From Mesotaenium endlicherianum (Eukaryota), in NCBI GenBank assembly GCA_009602735.1, contig WELA01003517.1:472001-511374 (forward strand): a stretch of 39,374 bases of DNA. The letters run 5' to 3'. The position numbers were made by a program, and so were the translations under genes. The notes beneath the pieces are model-generated. The model was not told the origin of the DNA, searched no databases, and saw only the letters and a list, made by a program, of their open reading frames with translations. Position 1 is the first letter of the stretch, and the number at the start of each line of letters is the position of its first letter. This document shows positions 12,476 to 25,680 of this stretch, in pieces.

Positions 12476-13970
12476 ATGGTAAGGACAAGGTCTCAAACTA
12501 GCAACTCCCGAGACATGGAGAACCAGGATAACGAGAATGTCAGAAACCAGGCGGAAAGTCATGTAGCGGGAACTCGTACCTATTTTGAAGCAGTGGCAAA
12601 TATTACAGCTAGAGAGGCTACAGACGAGGCAGCTGCTATTGCCGCACTCGCAACACAGCAAGCTGAGGAGGAGAGAGCTAGATTAGCTAAAACAAAGGTT
12701 GCTGAAGATACAGAAAGGAGGGAAGGACAACCCGTTGACGAGCACACGGTTGAAGAACTTATGGCATCCAGGGCCAATGTTCTGAACCCACCTCCTGCTG
12801 TACAACTCAATGTACCCCTAGGTCAAATACGTGACCGGCTGAATGCGGCAGGAATTGCTGCTGCAGGAGCGAGAGGGACTGTTGAGGACACTACTCAACG
12901 AGTAGAGGTCAATGCTGCTGCTGCATTTGCTAATTTACCACCCCAAAGTGTAGACTTGGGAGCATTGTTCGTTCAGATGCAGTCGCAAATGGCGACCATG
13001 TATCAGTCCCAGCAGGAGGACAAAAGAATCATAATGTCCCTACTGCGGGACAGAGACCAACTGGGGTCTCACACCACTAGTGGTGGTGGCCGAGGGCCTA
13101 GTAAGCCCAAGCCGAAACCTCCCCAGGACTATGATCCTGAGGGAAACAGAAAATATTACCTGATCAAGTTTCTCGCGGATGTTGAGCAGTGGCTGGAGAA
13201 CTACCCAGAACTGCAAGATTACGAGAAGGTCAGGCACACCGGTGCGCTACTGAAAGGCAGTGCCGCAGACTGGTGGCTTTACTGGAAAGGAGAGCGTAAG
13301 GCTCGGCAACTCGGGGACCCTACGTGGGTTGATTTTGTCGAGAAGTTGCATGAGAAGTTTGATGTCATCAACCAGCAGGAGAAAGCTATCTATGCGATGA
13401 TCTCCCTGACACTGAAGCAGACCACTTCAGTTGCTGAGTTTGCTCAAAAGTTCCAGGAGAGCATGATGAAGCAGCCAGACTTGGCAGAACGGTATAGCAT
13501 AGCATACTCCAGGTATGGCTTGAAATCCGAAGTCTCTGGTCATTTCGCTGAGAAGAAGTATGAGAAACTGGCTGACTTGATCCAAGATGCTGATGCCTGG
13601 GATCAGCAGCAGTTCAATCACAAGCGCCAGAGTAATGCTTTGGTGTCTAAGGTTGTCAAAAAGCCCCACGGTTCTTACAATGCAGTTGAAGGAGACCNCT
13701 TACAATGCAATTGAAGGAAACCAGGCTAAGGATAATCAGGGTGATGAATATGAGTATGAGTATAATGCCATACAGTCTAGAGGTAGAGGTGGTTTCCCTC
13801 GAGGCGGCTATGGAAGGGGTGGTGGTAGGACTAAGCCGAGACCAGCCTCAGCAAAATCTACTTGCTACCATTGTCAGCAGAAAGGCCACTACAGAGAACA
13901 GTGTCCGGTCAAGCACCTGCCTAAGGTCGAGAGAAAAGACCAGCCTTTAAAAGACAGCAACAGTCAGTAA
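12476..13970 (+). CDS. gag: Element B gag (the apparent frame break at N 13698 is an assembly overlap)
   Basis: Starts MVRTRSQ, then PKPPQDYD, LKGSAADWW, LKQTTSVAEF, an RGG stretch and the knuckle CYHCQQKGHYREQC. Confidence 0.9.
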
Positions 13971-15157
13971 TCCAGTCTATTGACTGTGAGGATGCTAGAG
14001 ATAGTGAGTCGTCACTAGCTGCCCTCGTAGCAGGTATCATGGGTCCTGCTGAACTGGATTTACTATGCATGCCTGACAACCAGATAAAGGAGACCATCAG
14101 CATTATAGATTTCTAGAGAGTGCACACTCTGGATGCTCTTGTTCCACCTGATGTCCAACATTTCTTTGCTAAGTCAGGAGAACAATGCGAAAGTCAGGAA
14201 AAGACAGTCCCGCCTATCCTACTGCATAACATGATTGCAGGTAGGAAGGTGAGGGCATGTTTTGACGGAGGGGCGTCACATACTTTCATCTATAAGGACT
14301 TAGTTAAGCGGCTAAGGCTGCCTACTGTCACCCAAGGGAATAGAAAAATATTCCTTGGAGATGCCTCAAGTATCCCGGGAGGAATCATCATCAAGCCTAT
14401 TGAGGTCCAGTTAGGTTCTGGCATGGCAGTTCTAACTGAAACGCTTACATTTGAGGTACTCAACACTGGTTTTTATGACCTCGTGCTAGGCAGGCCCTGG
14501 CTTAATAGACATCAAGCTGAAGTGTGTTGGAGCAAAGGTACGGCTAAAATGTGAGGAGCCAGTGATGGGAAGATTAACTTTGCACCCACCAGTGCTCTTC
14601 CTCTTGTCCTGTATAGATGGCAAATGAAGGAAAAGGAGAGGCTTCCAGGAGGATGCAAATTGCTGAATGTAATAGAGTTCATCAAAAGTTGGAACCAGAA
14701 GGAAGACAGAATGTTCTGTCTGCTGCTAAGAGAGGTACCCCCTCAACCTAAAGAAGTGCTTGAGAAAAAGGTAAGTCCTCCGGCGCACCCTACTACTGCA
14801 AAAATTGTTGCTCAAAGCACTGATGTTTTAAATATGCCTACGGGACTACCTCCTAAGAGGGAAGTGTATCACAAGATTGACGTATTACCTGGGAGTCAGC
14901 CACCCTGGCAGCGCACTAATGGCTTGTCCTATGTGGAGAGCGAAGAGTTGAAAACACAGATCGTAGAGGTTGAGGAAAATGGTTATATTTCCCCCAGTAA
15001 ATCACCTTACGGCGCACCCATCCTATTTGTTAAGAAAAAGGATGGCAGTAAGCGGATGTGTGTGGATTACAGAGCTCTAAACAGAATTACATTAAAGAAC
15101 AGTATGCTTTACCCAGAATCGAGGACTTGCTTGATACCTTGTCTAGTAGTGCTAAGG
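13953..15157 (+). pseudogene. pol: Element B pol, 5' part (protease, RT N-terminus), in the -1 frame relative to gag
   Basis: Motifs [34 protein letters not shown] and MCVDYRALN, with stops. Cut by element C after ...GCTAAGG. Confidence 0.9.
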
Positions 15158-15876
15158 TGAAATGAATCGACTTACCAAATAAGCGATTAACAATTAATAA
15201 AGATCTTTATATCAGCAAGTAATCTTTATGGTAATTTCCGTTAACTGGTTAAACGGCAAAGGACAATACACTAGCAGTGAATAATACTCGTAAGTCAAAT
15301 GCGAGTAAACTAGCATCAATAATGCAAATCAGTAAACTCATACATAAGCAAGGTTTAGAAGACAGTGCGTATCAATGGCTTCTCGCCTTGGATTCAGATC
15401 TCTCTCAATAAGCTGTACAGGAGAGTTGGCCTCGTTTCCGAATGCGAACTCAAGAGCAAAGCCTTGCATATGTACATGGAATGAGTTTACTGTTCAACGG
15501 TCAGTGCGATGGCACCGCCTACCCGAGAGTTAACCACGTTGGTAGGACCTCGGTTAACCAAATCCACCGCCATCTCCCATCATCCCGAATAGCCATCCAT
15601 CATAGGGATGTCATCTGGCCATTCATCTAGCATATCGTACTTAGGTGTAAGTCAAGGCAGTTCGCTGCTACCGAGTACGGAAGTCAGCTGGCTGTCAAAG
15701 AATGGGTCAGCAAGCTGACTTATATGGACTTCAGCCTGCTGCTTCCGGCTGAGTCATTAAACTGATAATTATGTAAAGTCCAGCAGACTGACTATTAACT
15801 AAAGTTCAGCAGGCTGAACATAATTAACTATTAAAATAAATGAATATTATATCCACTAATATACTGATTCATTACA
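15158..15876 (-). repeat. Element C 3' LTR
   Basis: Direct repeat of 23188-23906. Confidence 0.95.
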
Positions 15877-15891
15877 ATCCCTCCAACTTAA
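15877..15891 (-). promoter_or_regulatory. 3' polypurine tract of C
   Basis: The reverse complement TTAAGTTGGAGGGAT abuts the 3' LTR. Confidence 0.85.
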
Positions 15892-15989
15892 CTTGTTGTC
15901 GCCTCGACAACATTAAACTGCCAAAGCCTTAAATAAAGGAACTGACCCTGACCAGCCTCCCCTACTGATTGTCTTCTCAGCCTGTCACC

Positions 15990-17653
15990 TTAAGGGGTTG
16001 TTCCTGGGGCTTCAGGATCAGGAGACGGAGATCTGGACCTAGATCTGGACAGCCCTCTAGGTCTGTCAGCTGGCCTTCTAAAGAACCCTGTTTCCTCTAA
16101 AGTTGGGCCTCGAGGAGAACGAAGGATGGTAGCCTGTTCTTCAACCACTTGGGTGTTGATCCCCACATAGACAGGCATTCCAGTAGGATGCTGAAATACA
16201 TTGGCTAGAGGTACATGCCCTTGAGCGGAGGGGGAGGCCGGCATACCTCTGGCCCACCCGCGTGTTCCTCTTCTGGCACCCCTGTCCTCTGGGGATTTTT
16301 GCCTGTGTCTGCTGCCCATTACAGTCAGATCAGCTTCTTCCCCTGCTTGGGCAGGTGGGCTGCGGGAGCGAGCGCGGGGTCCAGTTGTCGCCATAACGGG
16401 GATCACATTCCAAATACCTGATTGTGGTTCTTTAGGGGGCGCCCCTGCCTGCCCTTGGGTATCCTGAGTACCTGCTGCTGATGCTTCTCCTCTGCCTTGT
16501 TCTTCTTCCTCATCCTCCTCATCCTCCTCCTCGGAGAGAGTAGGGGTCTCGTCCACTAAATCGTCCTGCTCCCTAGTAGACATGGAGTAGTCTACCGACC
16601 TCCCTTTCTTAGGGCGCGCTGGAGGTTGCTTGGCCTTCAACCTGCTGATATCTATCCGGCCTGCATTCTTTGCCCATTTGACAAAGGCATGCATTCCCTT
16701 AGAGAAGTAGTCTCTTCCCCTCCTCTTATGCTCCTTGGTCTCTGCATTCATATTGCTCAAGCATTTATTCAGCCTGGGATCCCAAGGGGCAATGTGAGGT
16801 GGTAGGATGAGATAGCCGTCTAGGCCATAGTGGAAGTCATCCGGTTGGGCTCGGTCACACTCCTGCTTCTTATTTGTGACGGTCATCCACCTCCAGTCTG
16901 TTGGCTGCTGGTAGTACTGGGGTCCGTGCTCAGCCTTCCTCAGTTTACACGGAAACCAGTAGGGAGAGAACATCTGCTGTCCTGTTTCCCTGGCCAAATA
17001 CTCCCAACGCCTTCTCTCAACTTCATTGTAAGCTGGCAGTAGTGTGAGGTAGAATACCGTATCCTTAAAGCTATCGGGCCGCATGCTCACCATCCGGATG
17101 AGTCTCTGATCTCCCACTATTCCCGGTATGGGGACCGGCTTGTCCTCTGAATCATCTGCAAGATACCGGGCCTGCTCTGCTGTATAGCCCACCATCTTAG
17201 CATAATCTTCGTAAAGGACCACGCCGGTGTGTGTCTCGATGTACCTGTCCAGTGCTGTAGCTCCTTCCTTCTGTAGCGGTGTTGTCTGTTCCAGCCTGTT
17301 GATCTCCTGGGCTGCCGGCAATGCTTCCTTCAGGTTATCGAAGTTTTGGCCACCCACCACAGTATACCTGTAAGTGGCCAAGCTCTTCTGTCTGTCCGCT
17401 TCAATCTTTTTTCTTTTCTCCTCTTCTGCCGCTGCCGCTTCTTCTTGCTGTTTCTTCTGTCTCTCCTCCTCAGCTTTCCTGAGGTTTTCCGCTTCCTGAT
17501 CCTTCTTCCTCTGTGCCTCTTCTGCCGCCTCTTGTTGTCTGCGGACCCTTTCCTTCTTTCTCCTGGTGAGGGACGTCGCCGCCAGCTCCTTCTGGTATTG
17601 CTCCATTGTCCTCCTGGCTTCTTCCGCCTTGCGCTTTCTGTCCTCCTTTTGTG
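15990..17653 (-). CDS. Element C accessory ORF3, unknown function, open for at least 553 codons
   Basis: The 538-aa track ORF extends upstream in frame (QKEDRKRKAEEARRT) to the N at 17654, matching the B ORF3 N-terminus. It comprises a charged coiled-coil, a conserved core, an acidic tract and an RS/SP-rich tail. Confidence 0.87.
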
Positions 17654-17828
17654 NCAGCTCAAGGTGCTTTATGTGGGCCAGGCTGTCCCCTCTGGCACTA
17701 TGCTGACACTTAGGATTCCCGTAACTGTCCCTTTATCGCTCTCGCTCACTAACTGTCATATATTTTCCCCTCCAACTTAAATGGAGACAGGACCGCCTGT
17801 CACCTTCCCGTGTCAACTGAAATGACAG

Positions 17829-20800
17829 TTATGAAGGGACTCCAGCGGCCCGAAGGTGGAACCGTGTCAACGCCCTTTTGGCATTGGTCAAGTGGTCCTT
17901 AAATTCCCAAGTGTCCCCAGAGGCATCGTAACCCTTCCATTGAATAAGGTATTTCATGACATATTTAGACGATCGACGGACCCAGCGAGCGTCTAAAATC
18001 TCATCGACCTCATATTCCTCAGGGTCGCCGTCTTGGACAGCGGGGACCGGTCCCGGTAGGACAGGTAACCGACTTGTGAACAGTGTATCACCTCTGATGT
18101 ACGGTTCCAGGAAGGAGACATCAAAGACCGGGTGACCCTTGTGTTCAGCTGACATGTTCAGTTTGTAATCATTCTGATTGACACGACGTACCAACGAATA
18201 TGGACCGACCCAGACAGGGCCAAGCTTTTTCTTGACCACACGAGGGAGGTACAGGTGCTGAGAATGCAGTTTGACTAAATCCCCCTTGGAAAATGTCAGT
18301 TCCTGACGGTGTTGATTAGCGTATTTTTGTTGGTTTTCTTGGGCCTTGTGCAGGTTTCGTTGGACTTCTGACAGGGTGTCAGCAAACTCCTGAGTTAACT
18401 GGAGGGAGACCGGGTTGTCAATCCCTCTAGGGCAAGTTAAAGACTCCCCCAGTACATCTAAAGGAGACTTAGGAACTCTACCCAGGCTGAGTTCAAAAGG
18501 AGTCTTGCCCGTTGACGCGTGCACCGCACTGTTGANAATGTTGACCGCAAATTGGATTTGGGGTAACAAGTCATCCCAATTATCTTGTTATTGGTTAATA
18601 TAGGCTCTCAGTACCTCTTGCAGAACTCGGTTAGTTCTCTCAGTCTGCCCATCAGTCTGAGGGTGGTTTGCTGTGCTGAGCAGCTGTGTGACTCCCATTA
18701 ACCCCATTNTGACCCCATTAAAGCCCTCCAGAACTTAGAGATAAAATTTTGAGTCTCTGTCTGAGATTATATTAGAGAGTAGCCCATGTTGGCATACTAC
18801 ATGGTTGTAAAACTGTCTTGCTGTTTGGAGTGCAGTTACTTTGACAGTTGTGGGGATGAAAATGACCATTTTTGTCAGTTTATCCACGACTACCAATATC
18901 GAATCATGCCCATTAGCAGTTCGTGGCAGTGTGACCACCCAGTCCATGGATATAGTTTCCCAGCGTCCAGCTGGGATGGGCAGCGGTTGCAAGAGACCAC
19001 CGGGTGGTGTGTGCCGAGACTTATTTCTCTGACACTAGTCACAGGACTTGACATATTTCAAGACCTCCCGGGGTAACCCCTCCCAATGATAAAGTTTTGC
19101 CAGTTTGCCAACGGTTTTGGCCTGCCCCAAATGTCCACCCAGGAGACTGTCATGAGCTTGACACAGTAAGAGAGACCTTATTTCCAAGTTATTAGGAATC
19201 ACCAGCTTCAGCCTGCTTGAAGTGGTTTCAGTCACCCAGACCCCTCCCTTAAGCTTATACCCGAGTGCAGTAGCACGACACACACCAGTAGTGGGGCTGG
19301 GCTCAAATGTTGGGTCAAAAAGGTAGGCTTTCCTAAGTTGTTCTAGGAAGGACTTTTTCACCTTTAGTGAAGTGAGTGCACACAGGACTTTATCTACAGC
19401 ATGCTGACTAAAGTTCCTTTCTTGCAAGTCAGGTCTTCTAGAGAGTGCATCAGCAGGATTCAACTTCCCTGGTTTGTAGTCGATCTGGACTTGGAACTGC
19501 TCCAGCATCTGGCTCCAGCGGTTCTCCCTCCTCGACAGCTTGGACTTCTTCTGAAAGTGGGTCAGAGCTAGATGATCTGTAATCACCTTAAAAGCTTTAC
19601 CATGTAAGTATGCTCTCCACTGTTTGAGTACATGAATGATAGCTAGCAGCTTGATGGCTAGCAGCTCCTTATCATGCACTGAGTAATTAAATTTCATAGA
19701 CTCGTACAACACAGGATGCCACTCCTGCCGTACCTTACCATCCTTTGTGGTTTTGTCAGCAGGCTGCAACAAAATAGCACCCATGGCAAAATCAGAGGNG
19801 GCAAAGTCAGAGACATCAATAACCACCTGCACCACTTTGCTGGGGTCATACACGGCTAGCACTGGGGCAGAGCAAAGGGCTTCTTTAAGGCTCTGGAAGG
19901 CAGCCTGCTACTCTTCCCCCCACACATACCCGATGTCTTTCTTAGTAACGTCAGTCAGGTTACTGGCCTTTGTGGAATAATTCTCAATAAATCTCCTAGA
20001 GTAGTTAGCCAACCCGAGGAAGGATCTAACTTCAGAGACAGACTGCGGTACTGGCCAGTCCCTTATGGTCTGGACTTTCTTAGGATCCACACTGATGCCC
20101 TCTTTACTGACAACGTGGCCTAAGAATTCAATACTTTCCTTAAAGAAATCACACTTGCTCATTTTAGCATATAAGTGAATTCTCCGCAGAGTGTCCAGCA
20201 CTGNATTCTCCTCAGAGTGTCCACGACAGTCCTTAAGTGTTCAACGTGCTGAGCTTCACCTTTAGAGAACATTAAACCCTAAACCAGGAAAACTTGCACA
20301 AACTTATCCAAATAAGGTTTGAATATGTCATTCATAGCACCCATGAAGGTCGCAGGAGCATTAGTCAGTCCAAATGGCATCACGTTGAACTCATAGTGTC
20401 CATAACGTGTACGGAAGGCAGTCTTGTGTTCATCCCCCTCAGCAATATTGATTTGATGATAACCACTCTTGAGATCTATCTTACTGAACACCTTAGCACC
20501 AGACAGGGTATCAAGCAAGTCCTCGATTTTGGGTAAAGCATTCTTGTTCTTTACTGTAATTCTGTTCAGGGCTGTGTAATCCACACACATCCGCATACTG
20601 CCATCCTTTTTCTTAACAAATAGGATGGGTGCGCCGTACGGTGATTTCATGGGAGAAATATAACCATTTTCCTCAAGCTCTGAAATCTATGTTTTCAACT
20701 CCTCGCTCTCCACATAAGACAAGCCATACGTGCGTTGCCAAGGTGGCTGACTCCCAGGTAATAAATCAATCCTATGATCTACTTCCCGCTTAGGGGGTAG

Positions 20801-21693
20801 TCCTGGAGGCATATTAAACACATCCGTGTACTGAGCAACAATGTTTGCAGCAGTAGGGTGTTCCGGAGGGTGTACCTTTTTCTCAACCACTTCTTCAGGT
20901 TGAGGAGGTACCTCTCTTAGCAGCAGACAGAACATTCTGTCTTCCTTCTGGTTCCAGCTTTTGACGAACTCCATTGCATTCAGCAACTTGCATCCTTCTG
21001 GAAGCCTCTTCTTTTCGTTCATTTGCCATCCACACAGGACAAGAGGAAGAGCACTGGTGGGTGCCAAGTCAGTGTGCCCATCACTGGCTCCTCTCACTTT
21101 AACTGTACCTCTGCTCCAACACACTTCAGCTTGATGTCTATTAAGCCAGGACCTGCCTAGCACGAGATCATAAAAGCCAGTGTCGAGTACCTCAAATGTA
21201 AGCGTTTCAGTTAGAACTGCAATGCCAGAACCTAACTGGACCTCAATAGGCTTGGTTATAACTCCTCCCGGGATACTTGAGGCATCTCCAAGGAATATTT
21301 TTCTATTCCCTTGGGTGACAGTAGGCAGCCTTAGCCGCTTAACTAAGTCCCTGTGAATAAAAGTATGTGACACGCCTCCGTCAACAAATGCCCTCATCTT
21401 CCTACCTGCAATCATGCAATGCAGTAAGATAGGGGGGACTGTCTTTTCCTGACTTTCGCATTGTTCTCCTGACGTAGCAAAGAAATGTTGGACATCAGGT
21501 GGAACAAGAGCATCCAGAGTGTGCACTCTCTGGACGTCTATATTGCTGATGGTCTCCTTTATCTGTTTGTCAGGCATGCATAGTGAATCCAGTTCAGCAG
21601 GACCCATAATACCTGCTACGAGGGCAGCTAGTGACGACTCACTATCTCTAGCATCCTCACAGTCAATAGACTGGATTACTGACTGTTGCTGTC
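17829..21693 (-). pseudogene. pol: Element C pol: PR-RT-RNaseH-INT-chromodomain
   Basis: All domains are present in gypsy order, with several stops. The RT catalytic DD is destroyed at about 20276-20284. The chromodomain reads EEYEVDEIL...YLIQWKGY...TWE. Confidence 0.93.
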
Positions 21694-23153
21694 TTTTAAA
21701 GGCTGATCTTTTCTCTTGACCTTAGGCAGGTGCCTGACCGGACACTGTTCTCTGTAGTGGCCTTTCTGCTGACAATGGTAGCAAGTAGATTTTTCTGAGG
21801 CCGGTCTCGGCTTAGTCCTACCACCACCTCTTCCATAGCCACCTCGAGAGGGACCACCTCTACCTCTAGACTGAATAGCATTGTACTCATACTCATATTC
21901 ATCACCCTGATTATCCTCAGCCTGGTCTCCTTCAACTGCATTGTAGGAACCGTGGGGCATTTTGACAATCTTAGACACCAAAGCGTTACTCTGGCGCTTG
22001 TGATTGAACTGCTGCTGATCCCAGGCGTCAGCATCCTGGATCAAGTCAGCCAGTTTCTCATACTTTTTCTCAGCAAAATGACCAGAGACCTCGGATTTCA
22101 AGCCATACCTGAAGTATGCTATCCTATACCGTTCTGGCAAATCTGGCTGCTTCATCATGTTCTCTTGGAACTTTTGAGCAAACTCAGCAACTGAAGTGGT
22201 CTGCTTCAGTGTCAGGGAGATCATCGCATAGATAGCTTTCTCCTGCTGGTTGATGACATCAAACTTCTCATGCAACTTCTCGACAAACTCTACCCACGTA
22301 GGGTCACCGAGTTGCCGAGCCTTACGCTCTTCCTTCCAGTAAAGCCACCAGTCTGCGGCACTGCCTTTCAGTAGCGCACCGGTGTGCCTGACCTTCTCGT
22401 AATCTTGCAGTTCTGGGTAGTTCTCCAGCCACTGCTCAACATCCGCGAGAAACTTGATCAGGTAATATTTTCTGTTTCCCTCAGGATCATAGTCCTGGGG
22501 AGGTTTCGGCTTGGGCTTACTAGGCCCTCGGCCACCACCACTAGTGGTGTGAGACCCCAGTTGGTCTCTGTCCCGCAGTAGGGACATTATGATTCTTTTG
22601 TCCTCCTGCTGGGACTGATACATGGTCGCCATTTGCGACTGCATCTGAACGAACAATGCTCCCAAGTCTACACTTTGGGGTGGTAGATTAGCAAATGCAG
22701 CAGCAGCATTGGCATCTACTCGCTGAGTAGTGTCCTCAACAATCCCTCTCGCTCCTGCAGCAGCAATTCCTGCCGTATTCAGCCGGTCACGTATTTGACC
22801 TAGGGGTACATTGAGTTGTACAGCAGGAGGTGGGTTCAGAACATTGGCCCTTGATGCCAGGAGTTCCTCGACAGTGCGCTCGTCAGCTGGATGTCTTTCC
22901 CTCCTTTCTGTATCTTCAGCGTCCTTTGCTACTTGTTCAGCTTCTAGCCTGCTCTCTCCTCCTCAGCTTGCTGAGCTGCGACTGCGGCAATAGCAGCTGC
23001 CTCATCTGCAGCCTCCCTAGCTGCAGTATCTGCTACTGCTTCAGAATAGGTACGGTTTCCCGCTACATGGCTTTCCGCCTGGTTTTCGACATTCTCGTTA
23101 TCCTGGTTCTCCATGTCTCGGGAGTTGCTAGTTTGAGACCTTGTCCTTACCAT
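21676..23153 (-). pseudogene. gag: Element C gag (frameshift near 22945)
   Basis: Nearly identical protein to B gag, with an intact CCHC knuckle. Confidence 0.9.
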
Positions 23154-23174
23154 ACAAAGAAGACTGTGATAACT

Positions 23175-23186
23175 GCTCCGATACCA
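23175..23186 (-). promoter_or_regulatory. Primer-binding site of C
   Basis: The reverse complement reads TGGTATCGGAGC. Confidence 0.9.
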
Positions 23187-23187
23187 C

Positions 23188-23906
23188 TGAAATGAATCGA
23201 CTTACCAAATAAGCGATTAACAATTGATAAAGATCTCTATATCAGCAAGTAATCTTTATGGTAATTTCCGTTAACTGATTATTGGCAAAGGACAATACAC
23301 TAGCAGGGAATAATACTCGTAAGTCAAATGCGAGTAAACTAGCATCAATTATGCAAATCAGTAAACTCATACATAAGCAAGGTTTAGAAGACAGTGCGTG
23401 TCAATGGCTTCTCGCCTTGGATTCAGATCTCTCTCAGTAAGCTGTACAAGAGAGTTGGCCTCGTTTTCGAATGCGAACTCGAGAGCAAAGCCTAGCATAT
23501 GTACATGGAATGAGTTTACTGTTCAACGGTCAGTGCGATGGCACCGCCTACCCGGGAGTTAACCACGTTGGTAGGACCTCGGTTAACCAAATCCACCGCC
23601 ATCTCCCATCATCCCGAATAGCCATCCATCATAGCTATGTCATCTGGCCATTCATCTAGCATATCGTACTTTGGTGTAAGTCAAGGCAGTTCGCTGCTAC
23701 CGAGTACGGAAGTCAGCTGGCTGTCAAAGAATGGGTCAGCAAGCTGACTTATATGGACTTCAGCCTGCTGCTTCCGGCTGAGTCATTAAAGTGATAATTA
23801 TGTAAAGTCTAGAAGATTGACTATTAACTAAAGTTCAGCAAGCTGAACATAGATAACTATTATACTTAGATGAATATTATATCAACTAATATACTGATTC
23901 ATTACA
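23188..23906 (-). repeat. Element C 5' LTR
   Basis: Followed on the minus strand by the PBS and gag. Confidence 0.95.
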
Positions 23907-23911
23907 TAAGG

Positions 23912-25680
23912 TGTTCAGTAAGATAGATCTCAAGAGTGGTTATCATCAAATCAGAATTGCTGAGGGGGATGAACACAAGACTGCCTTCCGCACACGTTAT
24001 GGACACTATGAGTTCAACGTGATGCCATTTGGAATGACTAATGCTCCTGCGACCTTCATGGGTGCTATGAATGACATTTTCAGACCTTACTTGGATAAGT
24101 TTGTGCAAGTTTTCCTTGATGATATTTTAATTTTCTCTAAAGATGAAGCTCAGCACGCTGAACACTTAAGGACTGTCATGGACACTCTGAGGAGAATTCA
24201 TATATATGCTAAAATGAGCAAGTGTGATTTCTTTAAAGAAAGTATTGAATTCTTAGGCCACATCGTCAGTAAAGCAGGCATCAGTGTCGATCCTAAGAAA
24301 GTCCAGACCATAAGGGACTGGCCAATACCACAGTCTGACTCTGAAGTTAGATCCTTCCTCGGGTTGGCTAACTACTCTAGGAGATTCATTGAGAATTATT
24401 CTACAAAGGCCAGTAAATTGACTGACCTTACTAAGAAGGACATAGGGTATGTGTGGGGGGAAGAGCAGCAGGCTGCCTTCCAGACCCGTAAAGATGCTCT
24501 TTGTTCTGCCCCAGTGCTAGCCGTGTATGACCCCAGCAAATCGGTGCAGGTGGTTATTGACGCCTCTGACTTTGCCATGGGTGCTATTTTGTTGCAGCCC
24601 GCTGACAAAACCACAAAGGATGGTAAGGTAAGGCAGGAGTGGCATCCTGTGTTGTACGAGTCTATGAAATTTAATCCAGCGGAGATTAATTATTTGGTGC
24701 ATGATAAAGAACTGCTAGCTATCATTGATGTGCTCAAACAGTGGAGAGCATACTTACATGGTAAAGCTTTGAAGGTGATTACAGATCTAGCTCTGACTCA
24801 CTTTCAGAAAAAGTCCAAGCTGTGGAGGAGGGAGAACCACTGGAGCCAGATGCTGGAGCAGTTCCAAGTCCAGATCGACTACAAACCAGGGAAGTTGAAT
24901 CCTGCTGATGCACTCTCTAAAAGACCTGACTTGCAAGAAAGGAACTTTAGTCAACATGCTGCCGATAAAGTCCTTTGTGCAATCACTTCACTAAAGGTGA
25001 CAAAGTCCTTCCTTGAACAACTTAGGAAAGCCTACCTTTTTGACCCAACATTTGAGCCCAGCCCCACAGATGGTTTGTGTCCTGCTACTGCACTGGGGTA
25101 CCGGCTTAAAGGAGGGGTCCTGGGTGCCTGAACACATAACCTGCACACAGCCCAAGAAAATCAACAAAAATACGCTAATCAGCACCGTCGCAAGCTGATA
25201 TTTTCTAAGGGCGATTTGGTCAAACTGCATTCTCAGCACCTGTACCTGCCTGGTGTGGTCAAGAAAAAGCTTGATCTTGTCTAGGTCGGTCCATATTTGG
25301 TGGTGCGCCGTGTCGGTCAGAATGCTTACAAACTGAATATGTCAGCAGATTACAAGGGTCACCCAGTCTTTAATGTCTCTTTCCTGGAACCGTACATCAA
25401 AGGTGACAAACTGTTCACAGGTCGGTTACCTGTCCAACCGGGACCAATCCCCGCTGTCAGAGAGGGTGACGCTAAGGAATATGGGATCGAGGAGATTTTA
25501 GACGCTCGCTCTGTTCGTCGATCGTCTGAATATGTCATGAAGTACCTCATCCAATGGAATGGTTACGATGCCTCTGGGGACACTTGGAAATTTAAAGATC
25601 AGCTGACCAATGCCAAAGGGGCGTTGAAACGGTTCCACCTTCGGGCGGCTGGGGCACCTCCCTCACTGTCATTTTCGTAG
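23912..25680 (+). pseudogene. pol: Element B pol, 3' part: RT, RNase H, integrase C-terminus and chromodomain; integrase core deleted
   Basis: [12 protein letters not shown] resumes after the TSD, followed by FLDD and DAS. Near 25130 the sequence jumps from KGGV to NLHTAQENQQ, relative to element D. Confidence 0.92.

Larger units (their letters stand above)
15158..23906 (-). mobile_element. Element C: full-length copy of the B family inserted antisense into B's RT
   Basis: Two 719-bp LTRs, perfect TSD TAAGG (15153-15157 and 23907-23911), PBS, gag, pol, ORF3 and PPT. It contains five single-N joins. Confidence 0.94.

Noticed and set aside
13675..13720. Short duplications around single N bases (13698, 18536, 18709, 19799, 20204, 29964) that look like frameshifts or tandem repeats
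   Set aside because: Each is an overlap across a 1-N join and is absent from sister copies, so these are assembly artefacts. The joins also mean element C may be partly a composite of copies.
14260..14290. Protease motif DGG instead of D[ST]G in B and C
   Set aside because: DGG variants already occur in other plant gypsy lineages, so this is not novel by itself.
15990..17653. Calling ORF3 an env gene
   Set aside because: The position fits, but no signal peptide or transmembrane segment is visible and the protein is highly charged.
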